DNA of 45,705 bases from an uncultured Methanosarcinales archaeon (lineage in GTDB: Archaea > Nanobdellota > Nanobdellia > Woesearchaeales > GW2011-AR9). Both the position numbers and the translations under genes were made by a program. The stretch is taken from NCBI GenBank assembly GCA_964344235.1, contig CAYFMJ010000006.1:1-45705 (forward strand), in the 5' to 3' direction. Shown here piece by piece: positions 1-8,869 of the stretch (position 1 is its first letter; the number at the start of each line of letters is the position of its first letter). The notes under the pieces were generated by a model. That model did no database searches and was not told the origin of the DNA. It saw only the letters and a program-made list of their open reading frames with translations.

Positions 1-52
1 GCTAAGAAATGTGTAGTAGTTTCGTGTTGTGTAGCAGTTTCGGGATATTAGA
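1..52 (+). repeat. Left copy of 52-bp terminal inverted repeat, containing two 15-bp direct repeats TGTGTAG(T/C)AGTTTCG at 18-bp period
   Basis: Positions 1-52 are the exact reverse complement of 45653-45704 (checked base by base; identity stops at 53/45652). Internal repeats at 10-24 and 28-42. Confidence 0.97.
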
Positions 53-436
53 TTTTAGAATACGAAGCCTGTTTTTGGTCTAAATTGTTAATAATCCGGT
101 TGAGAAAAGTCTTCTGATCCAGTTCTATATTGCATCTATCTCTTGCTGTGAAAGGGGTGAGCCATTAGCCCTTAATGTCGTTGTTGAGAACTTTAACCCA
201 ACCCTTTGCACGTCTCTCACAATTTGTAACGAATGTTCTTGTGTTATCAATGCTGCTAAAACTATAATTTCTGTGCTGACCTCTTATTACACTACCTCTG
301 CAAGTGCGGAGTCAAGAGCCCTGCCTCTATTTCTTGTAAGGGTGTCATTAACTAATGTTACTTGTACATGGTATCCGTGGCCGTTTAACAATGTCATTTT
401 TATAAAATAAGTAAGTAAAAAAGAAAAAATTAGAAT

Positions 437-1735
437 TTATTTGCTAAGATCTTTCTTAACTAAATCCATACACATACCAGCTGCTACGGTTACACCGGAA
501 TCTCTGATAGCGAATCGAGACATTTGTGGGATTTCTCCGTTCTTCTCAATTACTAATGGTTGAACCGGTCGTAATTTAACGATAGCTGCGTCACCGTTTC
601 GTAGGATGTCTTTGTTTTCTGTAACTTCCTGACCTGTTTTTGGATCAAGTTTCTTTACGATTTCAACAAATTGACATGCTACTTGAGCTGTGTGGATGTG
701 GAATACTGGTGTGTAACCCACTGTAACAACACTTGGGTGACTCATGATAACAATTTGTGCTGTGAATTCAGTTGCAACGGATGGAACGTTTTCAGCAGGA
801 CCTAGAACGTCTCCTCGTGCAATGTCTTTCTTTCCGATACCTCGTACGTTAAATCCAACGTTGTCACCTGGTTCAGCTTGTTGGTGCTGCTCGTGGTGCA
901 TCTCAATAGATTTAACTTCTCCAGGAACTCCTTTACCTTCTCGTCCTGGAACTACGATTACTTTCTGACCTACTTTCATTACTCCTGTTTCGATTCTTCC
1001 TACAGGAACAACTCCAATACCGGTGATGTTATAGACATCTTGGATTGGTAATCGAAGTGGTAAGTCTGTTGGTTTCTGAGGAACTTCAAACTTATCAACT
1101 GCGGATAGTAATGTATCTCCTGTCCACCATGACATCTTCTCGGAGTTCTTAGTAATGTTTTCTCCAGGTAATGATGCAATAGGTAAGAATCGGATCTTAT
1201 CAGGAGCCCATCCAGCTTGTGCAGCGTGTTTTTTAACTTCTTCAACAACTGCGTTGTATCTGTCTTCACTCCAGTCAACACCGGAGATATCCATTTTGTT
1301 TACTGCAACAACTAACTGTCCAACACCGAAGATTTTTGATAATTTTAGGTGCTCGATTGTTTGTGCGTTAACACCGTCGTTAGCTGCAACAACAAGAACT
1401 GCACAGTCTGCTTGGGAAGCTCCTGTAATCATGTTCTTAATGAAGTCTCTGTGACCTGGTGCGTCAATAATTGTAAAGTAATACTTATCTGTGAAGAATT
1501 TTTTGTGCGCTAAGTCAATTGTCACTCCTCGCTCTTGCTCTTCCTTTAAGTTATCCATAACGAATGCGAACTCAAAGCCGCCCTTTCCAAGTTCTTGCGC
1601 TTTATCTTTCAGTTTTCGCATTGCTTGCTCGTCTACGTTTCCTGTATCGAACAATAATCGTCCAACGGTGGTAGATTTACCGTGGTCTACGTGACCGATG
1701 AATACTAAGTTAATGTGTTCTTTTTCTTTTGCCAT
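437..1735 (-). CDS. tuf: Translation elongation factor EF-1alpha
   Basis: [10 protein letters not shown]-loop, [25 protein letters not shown] motifs; 432 aa. Confidence 0.99.
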   Translation of the reverse strand: MAKEKEHINLVFIGHVDHGKSTTVGRLLFDTGNVDEQAMRKLKDKAQELGKGGFEFAFVMDNLKEEQERGVTIDLAHKKFFTDKYYFTIIDAPGHRDFIKNMITGASQADCAVLVVAANDGVNAQTIEHLKLSKIFGVGQLVVAVNKMDISGVDWSEDRYNAVVEEVKKHAAQAGWAPDKIRFLPIASLPGENITKNSEKMSWWTGDTLLSAVDKFEVPQKPTDLPLRLPIQDVYNITGIGVVPVGRIETGVMKVGQKVIVVPGREGKGVPGEVKSIEMHHEQHQQAEPGDNVGFNVRGIGKKDIARGDVLGPAENVPSVATEFTAQIVIMSHPSVVTVGYTPVFHIHTAQVACQFVEIVKKLDPKTGQEVTENKDILRNGDAAIVKLRPVQPLVIEKNGEIPQMSRFAIRDSGVTVAAGMCMDLVKKDLSK

Positions 1736-1872
1736 TTTGCTTTGTTTTCCTCCCTTTTATGGTAATTATGAGTTAGTCCTTCGTGTTTTGAGTTTGTTTA
1801 TAAAGATTTCGGAATTTTAGAGCAAATTTCGAGATCTTCCAAAACCGACTGGTTTTGATAGTTTTCGGGGTT

Positions 1873-2646
1873 TTAGACAAAGTTATTGTCTCCGACAAAG
1901 TACATTTTATCGTCAAAGTACCAAAATACAATGTGAACGTCTTCTGGTTTTAATTTTGAGAGTGATGCATAATTGAGGATGTTACTCCCATGCAGCATAA
2001 CGTAGTCTGCGCCCATTTCATCAATCTCTTGGTATAAATGTTCCGTAAATGAATCTAAATGGATATATGTTGAACGTAGCCTCCAGTAAATCTTACCTGC
2101 TTCTAAGTGTGGATATGCTGTTTTGATATACTTTACAACATCTTTTGAGACTGAACTTAAGAGAATCATACCTGAAATCCCTCGTCTTTCACAGTCAGCT
2201 ATGACAAAGTCAACAAGTTGTTGGTCATCTTCTAAATTGAATTGTGATTTAATTTCGATGTTAATTTTCTTCGTTTTTCCAATAAGGTCCATTACTTCTT
2301 CGTATAATGGGATGTGGAAATCACTCACTGCAAGAAGTTCTTCATACGTTAACTCTTCAATAAAGTGTTCCTTTTCCTGTAGACGCTCGAGATTCAAGTC
2401 GTGGAAAACAACAATTTTCTTATCTTTAGTATATTGGATATCAATTTCGATGAATTTGTATTGTGGGTCTTTCACAGCTAATTCAAACGCTTCTAGTGTA
2501 TTTTCTATAAATAAGACTGAACTTCCTCTGTGTGCGCCAAGGACTGTCGGTATGTCTCCAATCGCTGAAATATCGGGAGTTGCGAATGAGCTAATAGCTA
2601 GGCTAACTACTAAAATGAGCGTTATAATTGCCAATAATACTATCAT
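1873..2646 (-). CDS. Glycerophosphodiester phosphodiesterase (GDPD) family, N-terminal signal/anchor
   Basis: AHRG, ENTLEAF, EIDIQYTKD, VVFHD, NIEIK motifs; hydrophobic N-terminus. Confidence 0.9.
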   Translation of the reverse strand: MIVLLAIITLILVVSLAISSFATPDISAIGDIPTVLGAHRGSSVLFIENTLEAFELAVKDPQYKFIEIDIQYTKDKKIVVFHDLNLERLQEKEHFIEELTYEELLAVSDFHIPLYEEVMDLIGKTKKINIEIKSQFNLEDDQQLVDFVIADCERRGISGMILLSSVSKDVVKYIKTAYPHLEAGKIYWRLRSTYIHLDSFTEHLYQEIDEMGADYVMLHGSNILNYASLSKLKPEDVHIVFWYFDDKMYFVGDNNFV

Positions 2647-2744
2647 TTTTTCATAGTTGTCATAACTAAGTAGTTACACTTTTAATTTATAAACTTTTTG
2701 GTCTTTTCTTAGAAAAAAGTTTAAACTCCAATCTTAGCTATGGG

Positions 2745-3035
2745 TTGATGAAACATTGCATTGTCCATAGAAAAATGGTAGAGGCAGAATCAAAACTTGG
2801 TAACGCATTGGGATTAAGAGCAAGAAGGGCTATAGATACGATTGAAGAAATTATGCGAGATGAAGCAGAAGTGGTTCTTATTGATGAGCTTTTTTTTGAT
2901 GTGAGGGAACATTTTTCTCCTGGTGATGACGTGACTCTTTATGGATGTTTTCTTGGGATGTGCTTACAAAGGGTATACGACTCACTCACAACATATGGTG
3001 TTCATGTTTCATACCATCTAGAGGGTTGTATTTAG
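2745..3035 (+). CDS. Hypothetical protein
   Basis: 96-aa ORF with upstream TTTAAA box; no recognised motif. Confidence 0.5.
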   Translation: MMKHCIVHRKMVEAESKLGNALGLRARRAIDTIEEIMRDEAEVVLIDELFFDVREHFSPGDDVTLYGCFLGMCLQRVYDSLTTYGVHVSYHLEGCI

Positions 3036-3077
3036 TGAAACCAAATGTTTAAATACTGACGGAAAAGTCTCACTCAC

Positions 3078-4103
3078 ATGTTAAATGAGAAAGAAATCAC
3101 ATTGTTACGAGAAGAGTTAGCTACGGCTAAAAACCCATTATTTTTCTATGATGGTGACGGTGACGGGTTAGCATCGTTTTTACTTTTATACAGAATTCAT
3201 GGTGAAGGGAAAGGCATCGCACTGCGAGGTTCTCAACGGAAGGAGGAGCATATGGTGCGGAAAGTGGAGGAGTTAGAACCCGATAAAGTGTTTGTGTTAG
3301 ATGTGCCAGTTCTGAGTCAGGAGATGATTGATCAAGTGAAGCGCCCTATTTTTTGGATTGATCATCATGAGCCATTGCAGCGAGATAACGTGAATTATTT
3401 CAATCCTCGTCTTAGGGATCCTGAAGCGTATATCCCTACTAGTAGAATGTGTTGGCAAATAACTGAACGGGAGCAGGATGTGTGGATCGCTACGGCAGGC
3501 TGTTTAGCAGATTGGTATATGCCAGATTTTATTGATGAATTTATTGAGAAGTATCCAAAATTTTTGCCAAAGAAAGCTGACATGTTAACGATGTCATATA
3601 AGCGGAAAGTTGGTAAGTTGGTTAAATTGCTGTTTTTTATCCAGAAAGGTTCCCATTCAGAGGTGCGGAAGTCGATTAAAGTTCTTACTCGGATTACATC
3701 GCCGGATGAAATCTTTTCACAGGCAACGTCACAGGGGAAATTTATTTTCCATCGTTTTGAAAAGTTAGAGAAGATGTACACGAATTTGTTGAAGAAAGCA
3801 CGTAAAGGTGTGACGCGAAGTAAGTTGTTGTTATTTTATTACACGGAAGAACAATGGTCTTTCACAACGAATGTAGCGAATGAGTTAGCGGCGCTGTATC
3901 CGAAGAAGTTGATTATAGTTGCCAGACGAAAGGGTGGCAGAATGGTGTGTAGTTTACGTGGCAATAATGTTGCATCTGTATTAGAGAAAGCATTAATTGG
4001 TGTTGAAGGTGGTGGCGGTGGACATCCTGAAGCATGTGGTGCGGTGATTGAGGAAGAGTATTGGAATCAGTTTTTAGAACAGTTTAAAGAGGCGATGAAA
4101 TGA
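3078..4103 (+). CDS. DHH/DHHA1 family phosphoesterase (RecJ/NrnA-like)
   Basis: YDGDGDG motif I, VLD motif II, IDHH motif III, C-terminal GGGGHPEACG. Confidence 0.9.
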   Translation: MLNEKEITLLREELATAKNPLFFYDGDGDGLASFLLLYRIHGEGKGIALRGSQRKEEHMVRKVEELEPDKVFVLDVPVLSQEMIDQVKRPIFWIDHHEPLQRDNVNYFNPRLRDPEAYIPTSRMCWQITEREQDVWIATAGCLADWYMPDFIDEFIEKYPKFLPKKADMLTMSYKRKVGKLVKLLFFIQKGSHSEVRKSIKVLTRITSPDEIFSQATSQGKFIFHRFEKLEKMYTNLLKKARKGVTRSKLLLFYYTEEQWSFTTNVANELAALYPKKLIIVARRKGGRMVCSLRGNNVASVLEKALIGVEGGGGGHPEACGAVIEEEYWNQFLEQFKEAMK

Positions 4104-4474
4104 TTTTTGAAATAGGGATTGCGTTGTTGGGAATTGTTGTTGGTTGGGTTCTATCATTGATAGCGCCGGAGGAGTTAGATGATGGAAAGAAGTATTTTGT
4201 CTGGGGTTTGAGGTTGTTGTTTATTGGGATGTTAGCTGTTGGAGGATGGTTATTGTTTGATGGTTTGTTATTTATGATATTGTTTTTGCTTGTTGGAATT
4301 GTGGTTTTAGTGTTGTTGATGAGAAAACGTAATGTGAAGATGAGTTTGATTCCGTATCTGCTCATTATTCCTATGTTGTTCTATTCCTATTCAAACCTAT
4401 TAGCTGTGCTGTTGTTCTTATACGGGTTTCCTGTAGGGTTATTGTTCCATGAAACGTACAAAAAAAGATCTTGA
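4100..4474 (+). CDS. Small polytopic membrane protein
   Basis: About 4-5 hydrophobic segments; ATGA overlap with upstream gene. Confidence 0.7.
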   Translation: MIFEIGIALLGIVVGWVLSLIAPEELDDGKKYFVWGLRLLFIGMLAVGGWLLFDGLLFMILFLLVGIVVLVLLMRKRNVKMSLIPYLLIIPMLFYSYSNLLAVLLFLYGFPVGLLFHETYKKRS

Positions 4475-5099
4475 AGAAACTGTGAAAGAAAAAGTTTCCC
4501 CAATGGTAGAGGAGACTATGGAGAAACGTTTGGGAGTAGCGATTCCACAATTAGAATCGGATATTACAGATCAGTTATTGCAATCACATTTAGATATTTA
4601 CATTGCGTTTGACAAGAGTTTTAAGGAAGCAAAAAAGTTGTTCAAGAAAGAATTTCTGAAACGAGAATTGGAAGTGCATTTGGGAAATATTTCGGAATTA
4701 GCTAAGGTATTGAAAGTAGATCGACGAAGTGTGCATCGTGCGATTAAACGGTTAGAGATTAATGTAGAGGATGTTCGTAAGTCGAAGGAAGAGAAGGGTG
4801 ACTATTACGGGGGGTTGATTGACAAAACAATTCGTTCAGCATTAGAACCGTATGAAGAAATTATTAAACCGGAGAAAATGGAATTGATGTATCGGGAAGT
4901 TCCTCGACTGTCTAGAAATATTGTGCAAATTTTACCGCATCAAGAGTTAACATGGAAAGAGGCTGAGAGAGAATTTGAGAAGCAGTTTTTGGGTAGAGCA
5001 CTTGTCGAGAATGAAGGAAATGTTTCTAAAACAGCGCAGAAGATCGAAGTAAGGGTAGAGACATTATATCGGAAGTTAAAGAAGTTAGGGTTGAAGTGA
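4449..5099 (+). CDS. Protein with two tandem Fis-type helix-turn-helix modules
   Basis: Internal repeat FKEAKKLFKKEFLKRELEVHLGNISELAKVLKVDRRSVHRAIKRLEI / WKEAEREFEKQFLGRALVENEGNVSKTAQKIEVRVETLYRKLKKLGL, matching the Fis/NtrC C-terminal pattern. Confidence 0.8.
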   Translation: MKRTKKDLEETVKEKVSPMVEETMEKRLGVAIPQLESDITDQLLQSHLDIYIAFDKSFKEAKKLFKKEFLKRELEVHLGNISELAKVLKVDRRSVHRAIKRLEINVEDVRKSKEEKGDYYGGLIDKTIRSALEPYEEIIKPEKMELMYREVPRLSRNIVQILPHQELTWKEAEREFEKQFLGRALVENEGNVSKTAQKIEVRVETLYRKLKKLGLK

Positions 5100-5135
5100 G
5101 AGTTAATTATATAAATCCCAAAAAAAACATTTCTG

Positions 5136-5642
5136 TTGATGGTGAAGAAAAGAGGTAGGAAGTCTTCTAGAAAAAAGAACGGAAAGAATGAGCATCCAAC
5201 CAGGCATGAGACACACCCTGTTTTACGAGAAGATTTATCGTTTGGCCAGAGAGCTGCAGATTTTATCGCTAACTTTGGTGGGAGCTGGCCGTTTATTATC
5301 TTTTTTGCCGTCTTCCTGATTTCATGGATGATGTTGAATGTGTGGTATCTTAGCAATGAAGGGTTTGATCCATATCCATTTATTCTGTTGAATTTAGTAT
5401 TATCTACTCTGGCAGCGTTCCAAGCACCGATTATTTTGATGGCACAAAACAGGCAGACTGAGAGAGATCGGATTGATGCGAAGTATGATCATGCCATTAA
5501 TAGAAAAGCAGAGAGAGAAATTCAGCAGATTCAGAAAGATTTGGCTTCTATTCGAAGTATGTTGCGGCGCATGCACCATAAGGAAGTGAAGAAAATTGAG
5601 TCTCGTGCAAAGTCAGTTATTAGAAGAATTAATCGCAAGTAA
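5136..5642 (+). CDS. DUF1003-like membrane protein
   Basis: GQRAADFIANFGGSWPFII, FDPYPFILLNLVLSTLAAFQAPIILMAQNRQ. Confidence 0.88.
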   Translation: MMVKKRGRKSSRKKNGKNEHPTRHETHPVLREDLSFGQRAADFIANFGGSWPFIIFFAVFLISWMMLNVWYLSNEGFDPYPFILLNLVLSTLAAFQAPIILMAQNRQTERDRIDAKYDHAINRKAEREIQQIQKDLASIRSMLRRMHHKEVKKIESRAKSVIRRINRK

Positions 5643-5645
5643 AAA

Positions 5646-6158
5646 TTATTTTTTGAATAATTCAACTGATCTCTGGAATTCTGCTTTTGCTTCTTTGGCT
5701 CCTTTGAAACCAGCAACGTCGACTTTCTTTCCCTGCAAATCTTTGTAGCGTTCCATGAAATGTTTGACTTCTTTTAAGAAATGTTCCGGTAAGTCTTTCA
5801 TGTCTTTAACATCTTTATAGAATGGATCATCTACGGGAACACAAATCAATTTGTTATCTTCTTCTCCGCCGTCAATCATATGCATCACTGCGATTGGTCG
5901 AGCTTTGATTAAGATGCCTGGAAATGTAGGTTCACGCATTAAAACATATGCATCTAGCGGGTCACCGTCTTCACAAAGTGTTTGTGGAACAAAGCCATAA
6001 TCTGCCGGGTAATGGAAAGGACTGTAGAGAACTCTGTCAAACATAAAGACGTTGTGCTTCTTATCGTACTCATATTTGTTCCGTGAGCCTTTTGGAATCT
6101 CAATGATAACATTAATTTCTTCTTTCGTCCCTGGCGGAATGTGTTGCATGATGTTCAT
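5646..6158 (-). CDS. ppa: Inorganic pyrophosphatase (family I)
   Basis: IEIPKGSRNKYE, YPADYGF, DGDPLD, DNKLI motifs; start could be 6167. Confidence 0.97.
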   Translation of the reverse strand: MNIMQHIPPGTKEEINVIIEIPKGSRNKYEYDKKHNVFMFDRVLYSPFHYPADYGFVPQTLCEDGDPLDAYVLMREPTFPGILIKARPIAVMHMIDGGEEDNKLICVPVDDPFYKDVKDMKDLPEHFLKEVKHFMERYKDLQGKKVDVAGFKGAKEAKAEFQRSVELFKK

Positions 6159-6210
6159 AATAATCACCTGTATGTTTATGATGTGTAAGTTTTATTGGTG
6201 TTTAAAAGAT

Positions 6211-6582
6211 TTACGTTACTATTTGAATTTTCTTTTTCTGGCGAATGGTGAGGTATGGTTTTTGTAAACGTCTTTTGAGAGCGATGTCTTGCGTTAGAAT
6301 GAGTTTATTTTTTTTGGAAAGTTCAACCAATACGTCATCGACATGGCCAGTCCTTGGTAGGATTTTGATATTTTTTTGTTTGATTATAGACAAAGCAAGT
6401 TTTGCATGGCGTTTGTGTTTACCTTTTTGCTCTTTCTGGATTTTTTGTAATTCATCGATGGTTCCCTGGAGTGTTGCGATAGTATAGTTGAAGTTACATG
6501 CTTGCTCTACTGCAGTAAAAATGTCAAGATGAAATTCCCCAATTGCTATGAAAGCGTTTGTATCGATGATTATTGTTCTCAT
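6211..6582 (-). CDS. PIN-domain protein, Fcf1/Utp24-like
   Basis: IIDTNAF, TIDEL, HVDD, ILTQDIALKRR, TIRQKK. Confidence 0.88.
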   Translation of the reverse strand: MRTIIIDTNAFIAIGEFHLDIFTAVEQACNFNYTIATLQGTIDELQKIQKEQKGKHKRHAKLALSIIKQKNIKILPRTGHVDDVLVELSKKNKLILTQDIALKRRLQKPYLTIRQKKKIQIVT

Positions 6583-7382
6583 GGTGTACAGAAACTTATC
6601 CAGATGGCTCTTGTTATCACCAGCGCTTTTGCTGCGATGATTGGAATGATGATCAATATAAGTAATGATTTTTGACTGTACGGAATCAGAAAATACATAA
6701 TAAAGATAGTGATGATAAGTAGAATCGTGTTAAGAATGAATGCTGTTAATGGTTGTTTCCATTGTTTGAAAAGTAGGTGGAATGTTTGTTCATAGAAAGA
6801 CTTCCATGATGTTGTTGAGAGTTGCGTGAATGATGTTAGGAAGATGTAGTAGATGATTACGAAAGCTATCCCTGTTAATTGCATTGAGAGAGTGAATGAA
6901 TGTTGTGTTGTCGTGAAAAAGAGTTTGAAGATGATTGTGGTAAGGGTGGTAGTGATTATGATGAAAAGAATTGCTGCAACGAGATATTTTATACATTGAT
7001 TTGTGATTTGTTTTACTGTTGGTTTGTTTGACATAGCGTGTGTTAGTAACCACAGTCCGCCATTGATAATGAGGTAGAGAAGGATTATGTACCAAAATAA
7101 TGTTGAGATGTTTTGTTTTAATGATTGGTAACTTTCTATAACTGCAGAAGGGTTTGAAAGAAATGGTTGGCCAGCGTCAATGGCATCGGGGTTGTAATTT
7201 GCTTGTTCCAATGGTTCGAGAATGTTTTTTGTGTCTTCTAGAATCTCCAGTTGAGTAGTGACTGCTGTGAACGCAAAGAGAAAGAGGAATAATAGTTGGA
7301 GAAGCACTGCTGCTGTGAACAGAATTTTGTGCTGCCACATTGTGCGCCAGGTTTTCTTTAGTCCGCTTCTAAGAAATTCCAT
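6579..7382 (-). CDS. Polytopic membrane protein
   Basis: About 6 hydrophobic segments; similar topology to 37740-38543. Confidence 0.7.
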   Translation of the reverse strand: MEFLRSGLKKTWRTMWQHKILFTAAVLLQLLFLFLFAFTAVTTQLEILEDTKNILEPLEQANYNPDAIDAGQPFLSNPSAVIESYQSLKQNISTLFWYIILLYLIINGGLWLLTHAMSNKPTVKQITNQCIKYLVAAILFIIITTTLTTIIFKLFFTTTQHSFTLSMQLTGIAFVIIYYIFLTSFTQLSTTSWKSFYEQTFHLLFKQWKQPLTAFILNTILLIITIFIMYFLIPYSQKSLLILIIIPIIAAKALVITRAIWISFCTP

Positions 7383-7422
7383 GCTCTAGAAGAAATAGTT
7401 AACGTTTAAAGATCTTTCTATC

Positions 7423-7617
7423 TCATTTGTATTGGTTCAAGTTCCCTTGCATTACGCCCATACTGTCAACGTCACTTAACCGTAACCGAACTGTTTTATC
7501 CTTTGAAGTGAACACTACTTCGTGCTTATGGTTCCGTTGTGCCTTGCGAATCTTTTTAATGATCTCTTCATCAGTCATGTGAAATGACTCCAGGCGTAAC
7601 AGTTTCTTTAGGCTCAT
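7423..7617 (-). CDS. Small hypothetical protein
   Basis: 64-aa ORF, ATG start, 6 nt downstream of the small ORF 7624-7761. Confidence 0.55.
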   Translation of the reverse strand: MSLKKLLRLESFHMTDEEIIKKIRKAQRNHKHEVVFTSKDKTVRLRLSDVDSMGVMQGNLNQYK

Positions 7618-7623
7618 TGTATT

Positions 7624-7761
7624 TTAGTAGTGGATGAATGATTCTTCACCACTCATCATAGTGCTTTCCGCGTAGTGAAGAAGCTCCCCCTCATGAGTCT
7701 CCTCATCCCCTTCACGTGCTGCCTCGTACGGCAACCTACTTCGTCTCTTTTTAATCCGCAT
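7624..7761 (-). CDS. Unannotated 45-aa small protein MRIKKRRSRLPYEAAREGDEETHEGELLHYAESTMMSGEESFIHY
   Basis: Hand-translated open frame with TATAAA box and GGGTGG SD-like element upstream; below the ORF-track cutoff. Confidence 0.55.
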   Translation of the reverse strand: MRIKKRRSRLPYEAAREGDEETHEGELLHYAESTMMSGEESFIHY

Positions 7762-7779
7762 TTTAACCACCCCAGCTGT

Positions 7780-7814
7780 GTTTATATTTTGTATACAAAA
7801 CATTTAAATATAAA
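7780..7814. promoter_or_regulatory. Divergent promoter with perfect 14-bp palindrome TTTTGTATACAAAA (7787-7800) nested between inverted TATA-like boxes
   Basis: Seen in sequence between the small ORF (minus) and the AbrB-PhoU regulator (plus). Confidence 0.55.
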
Positions 7815-7865
7815 TACATTCCCCATTTGTTATATATCGGGTATATGCTTGTTGGGGGGAAACGA

Positions 7866-8816
7866 ATGGAGTATAGAAAATTAATTTCGTTTGGAAAGAA
7901 TAGTTTTGTGATTTCTTTGCCGAAGGCTTGGGTAAGACAGCAGAAGTTGGAGAAAGGAGATTTAGTGTATGTTGAGGAGACCAATACGGATCTCGTGTTG
8001 CGGGCGAGTCCTCATGATTTAGAAGAAGAGCAGAAAGAAGTTACTATTGATGTTGATAAAAAAGAAATGCGTCAAGTTAAACGGGAAATAATTGCAGCGT
8101 ATATTCGAAATAATAAAACGATTACTCTAGTCGGAGATGAGATTAAGACTAAGGCACGTGATATTGCAAGAGTCGTTCAGAGTTTAGTTGCTCTTGAAGT
8201 TATGGAACAGACATCAAGCAAAGTTGTAGCAAAAGATTTTCTTAATGTTGATAGTGTTTCGACAAGGACTATTGTCCGGAAAATGGATATTATTGTACGT
8301 TCGATGTTTGAAGATTCCCTTAAGACGTTTGATGAAGATACTACCGATAGTATTGACTTACGAGATAATGATGTAAATAAATTAGCGTTTCTTATGTTTA
8401 AGATTGTGAAGTTTGGTTTAGAGAATCCAGCATATGTGCGTAAGAAATTAGGAATACAACCAATTGACGCAGCGAGCTTGTGGTGGCTTGCGTTTGATCT
8501 AGAGTTAATAGCTGATGAAATAAAACGAGTTGCGCGGTATATGGCAAAGATCGAGTTTGATGCTGAAAAGCAAAAGGAGTTTACGTTGATTCTCGAAAAA
8601 ATACGCCAGAATTATCTTAAGACTATGAAAGCGTATTATGATAAAAATATGGAATTAGTGCATGAAGTAATTAATAATCGGATGGAACTGATTGAGCTTT
8701 GTGATAAGTTTTATCTTGAGAATCGTTCTAAGAAATGGATCGGTTTTGCTATGGAACGGACAAAAAGTTTGATGAGTCATGTTACACATCTTGGTCGTGT
8801 GTTATATATGTGGTGA
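7866..8816 (+). CDS. AbrB-PhoU family phosphate uptake regulator
   Basis: N-terminal RKLISFGKNSFVISLPKAWV swapped hairpin followed by PhoU-like helical repeats (RDNDVNKL, LELIADEIK). Confidence 0.85.
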   Translation: MEYRKLISFGKNSFVISLPKAWVRQQKLEKGDLVYVEETNTDLVLRASPHDLEEEQKEVTIDVDKKEMRQVKREIIAAYIRNNKTITLVGDEIKTKARDIARVVQSLVALEVMEQTSSKVVAKDFLNVDSVSTRTIVRKMDIIVRSMFEDSLKTFDEDTTDSIDLRDNDVNKLAFLMFKIVKFGLENPAYVRKKLGIQPIDAASLWWLAFDLELIADEIKRVARYMAKIEFDAEKQKEFTLILEKIRQNYLKTMKAYYDKNMELVHEVINNRMELIELCDKFYLENRSKKWIGFAMERTKSLMSHVTHLGRVLYMW

Positions 8817-8869
8817 TTTGAACTACCTCTTGATAGTAAAATCGGGGAAAAGTATATAAAGTATTAACT

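Noticed and set aside
1-52. Terminal repeats as a CRISPR array or ORB origin boxes
   Set aside because: Only two 15-bp units with a 3-bp gap and no spacers; no cas or cdc6 nearby; no GTTCCAGTGGAAAC-like ORB consensus.
7624-7761. SRP RNA or riboswitch in the GC-richer intergenic stretch
   Set aside because: No proper helix-8 consensus; a clean 45-codon ORF with promoter and SD explains it.
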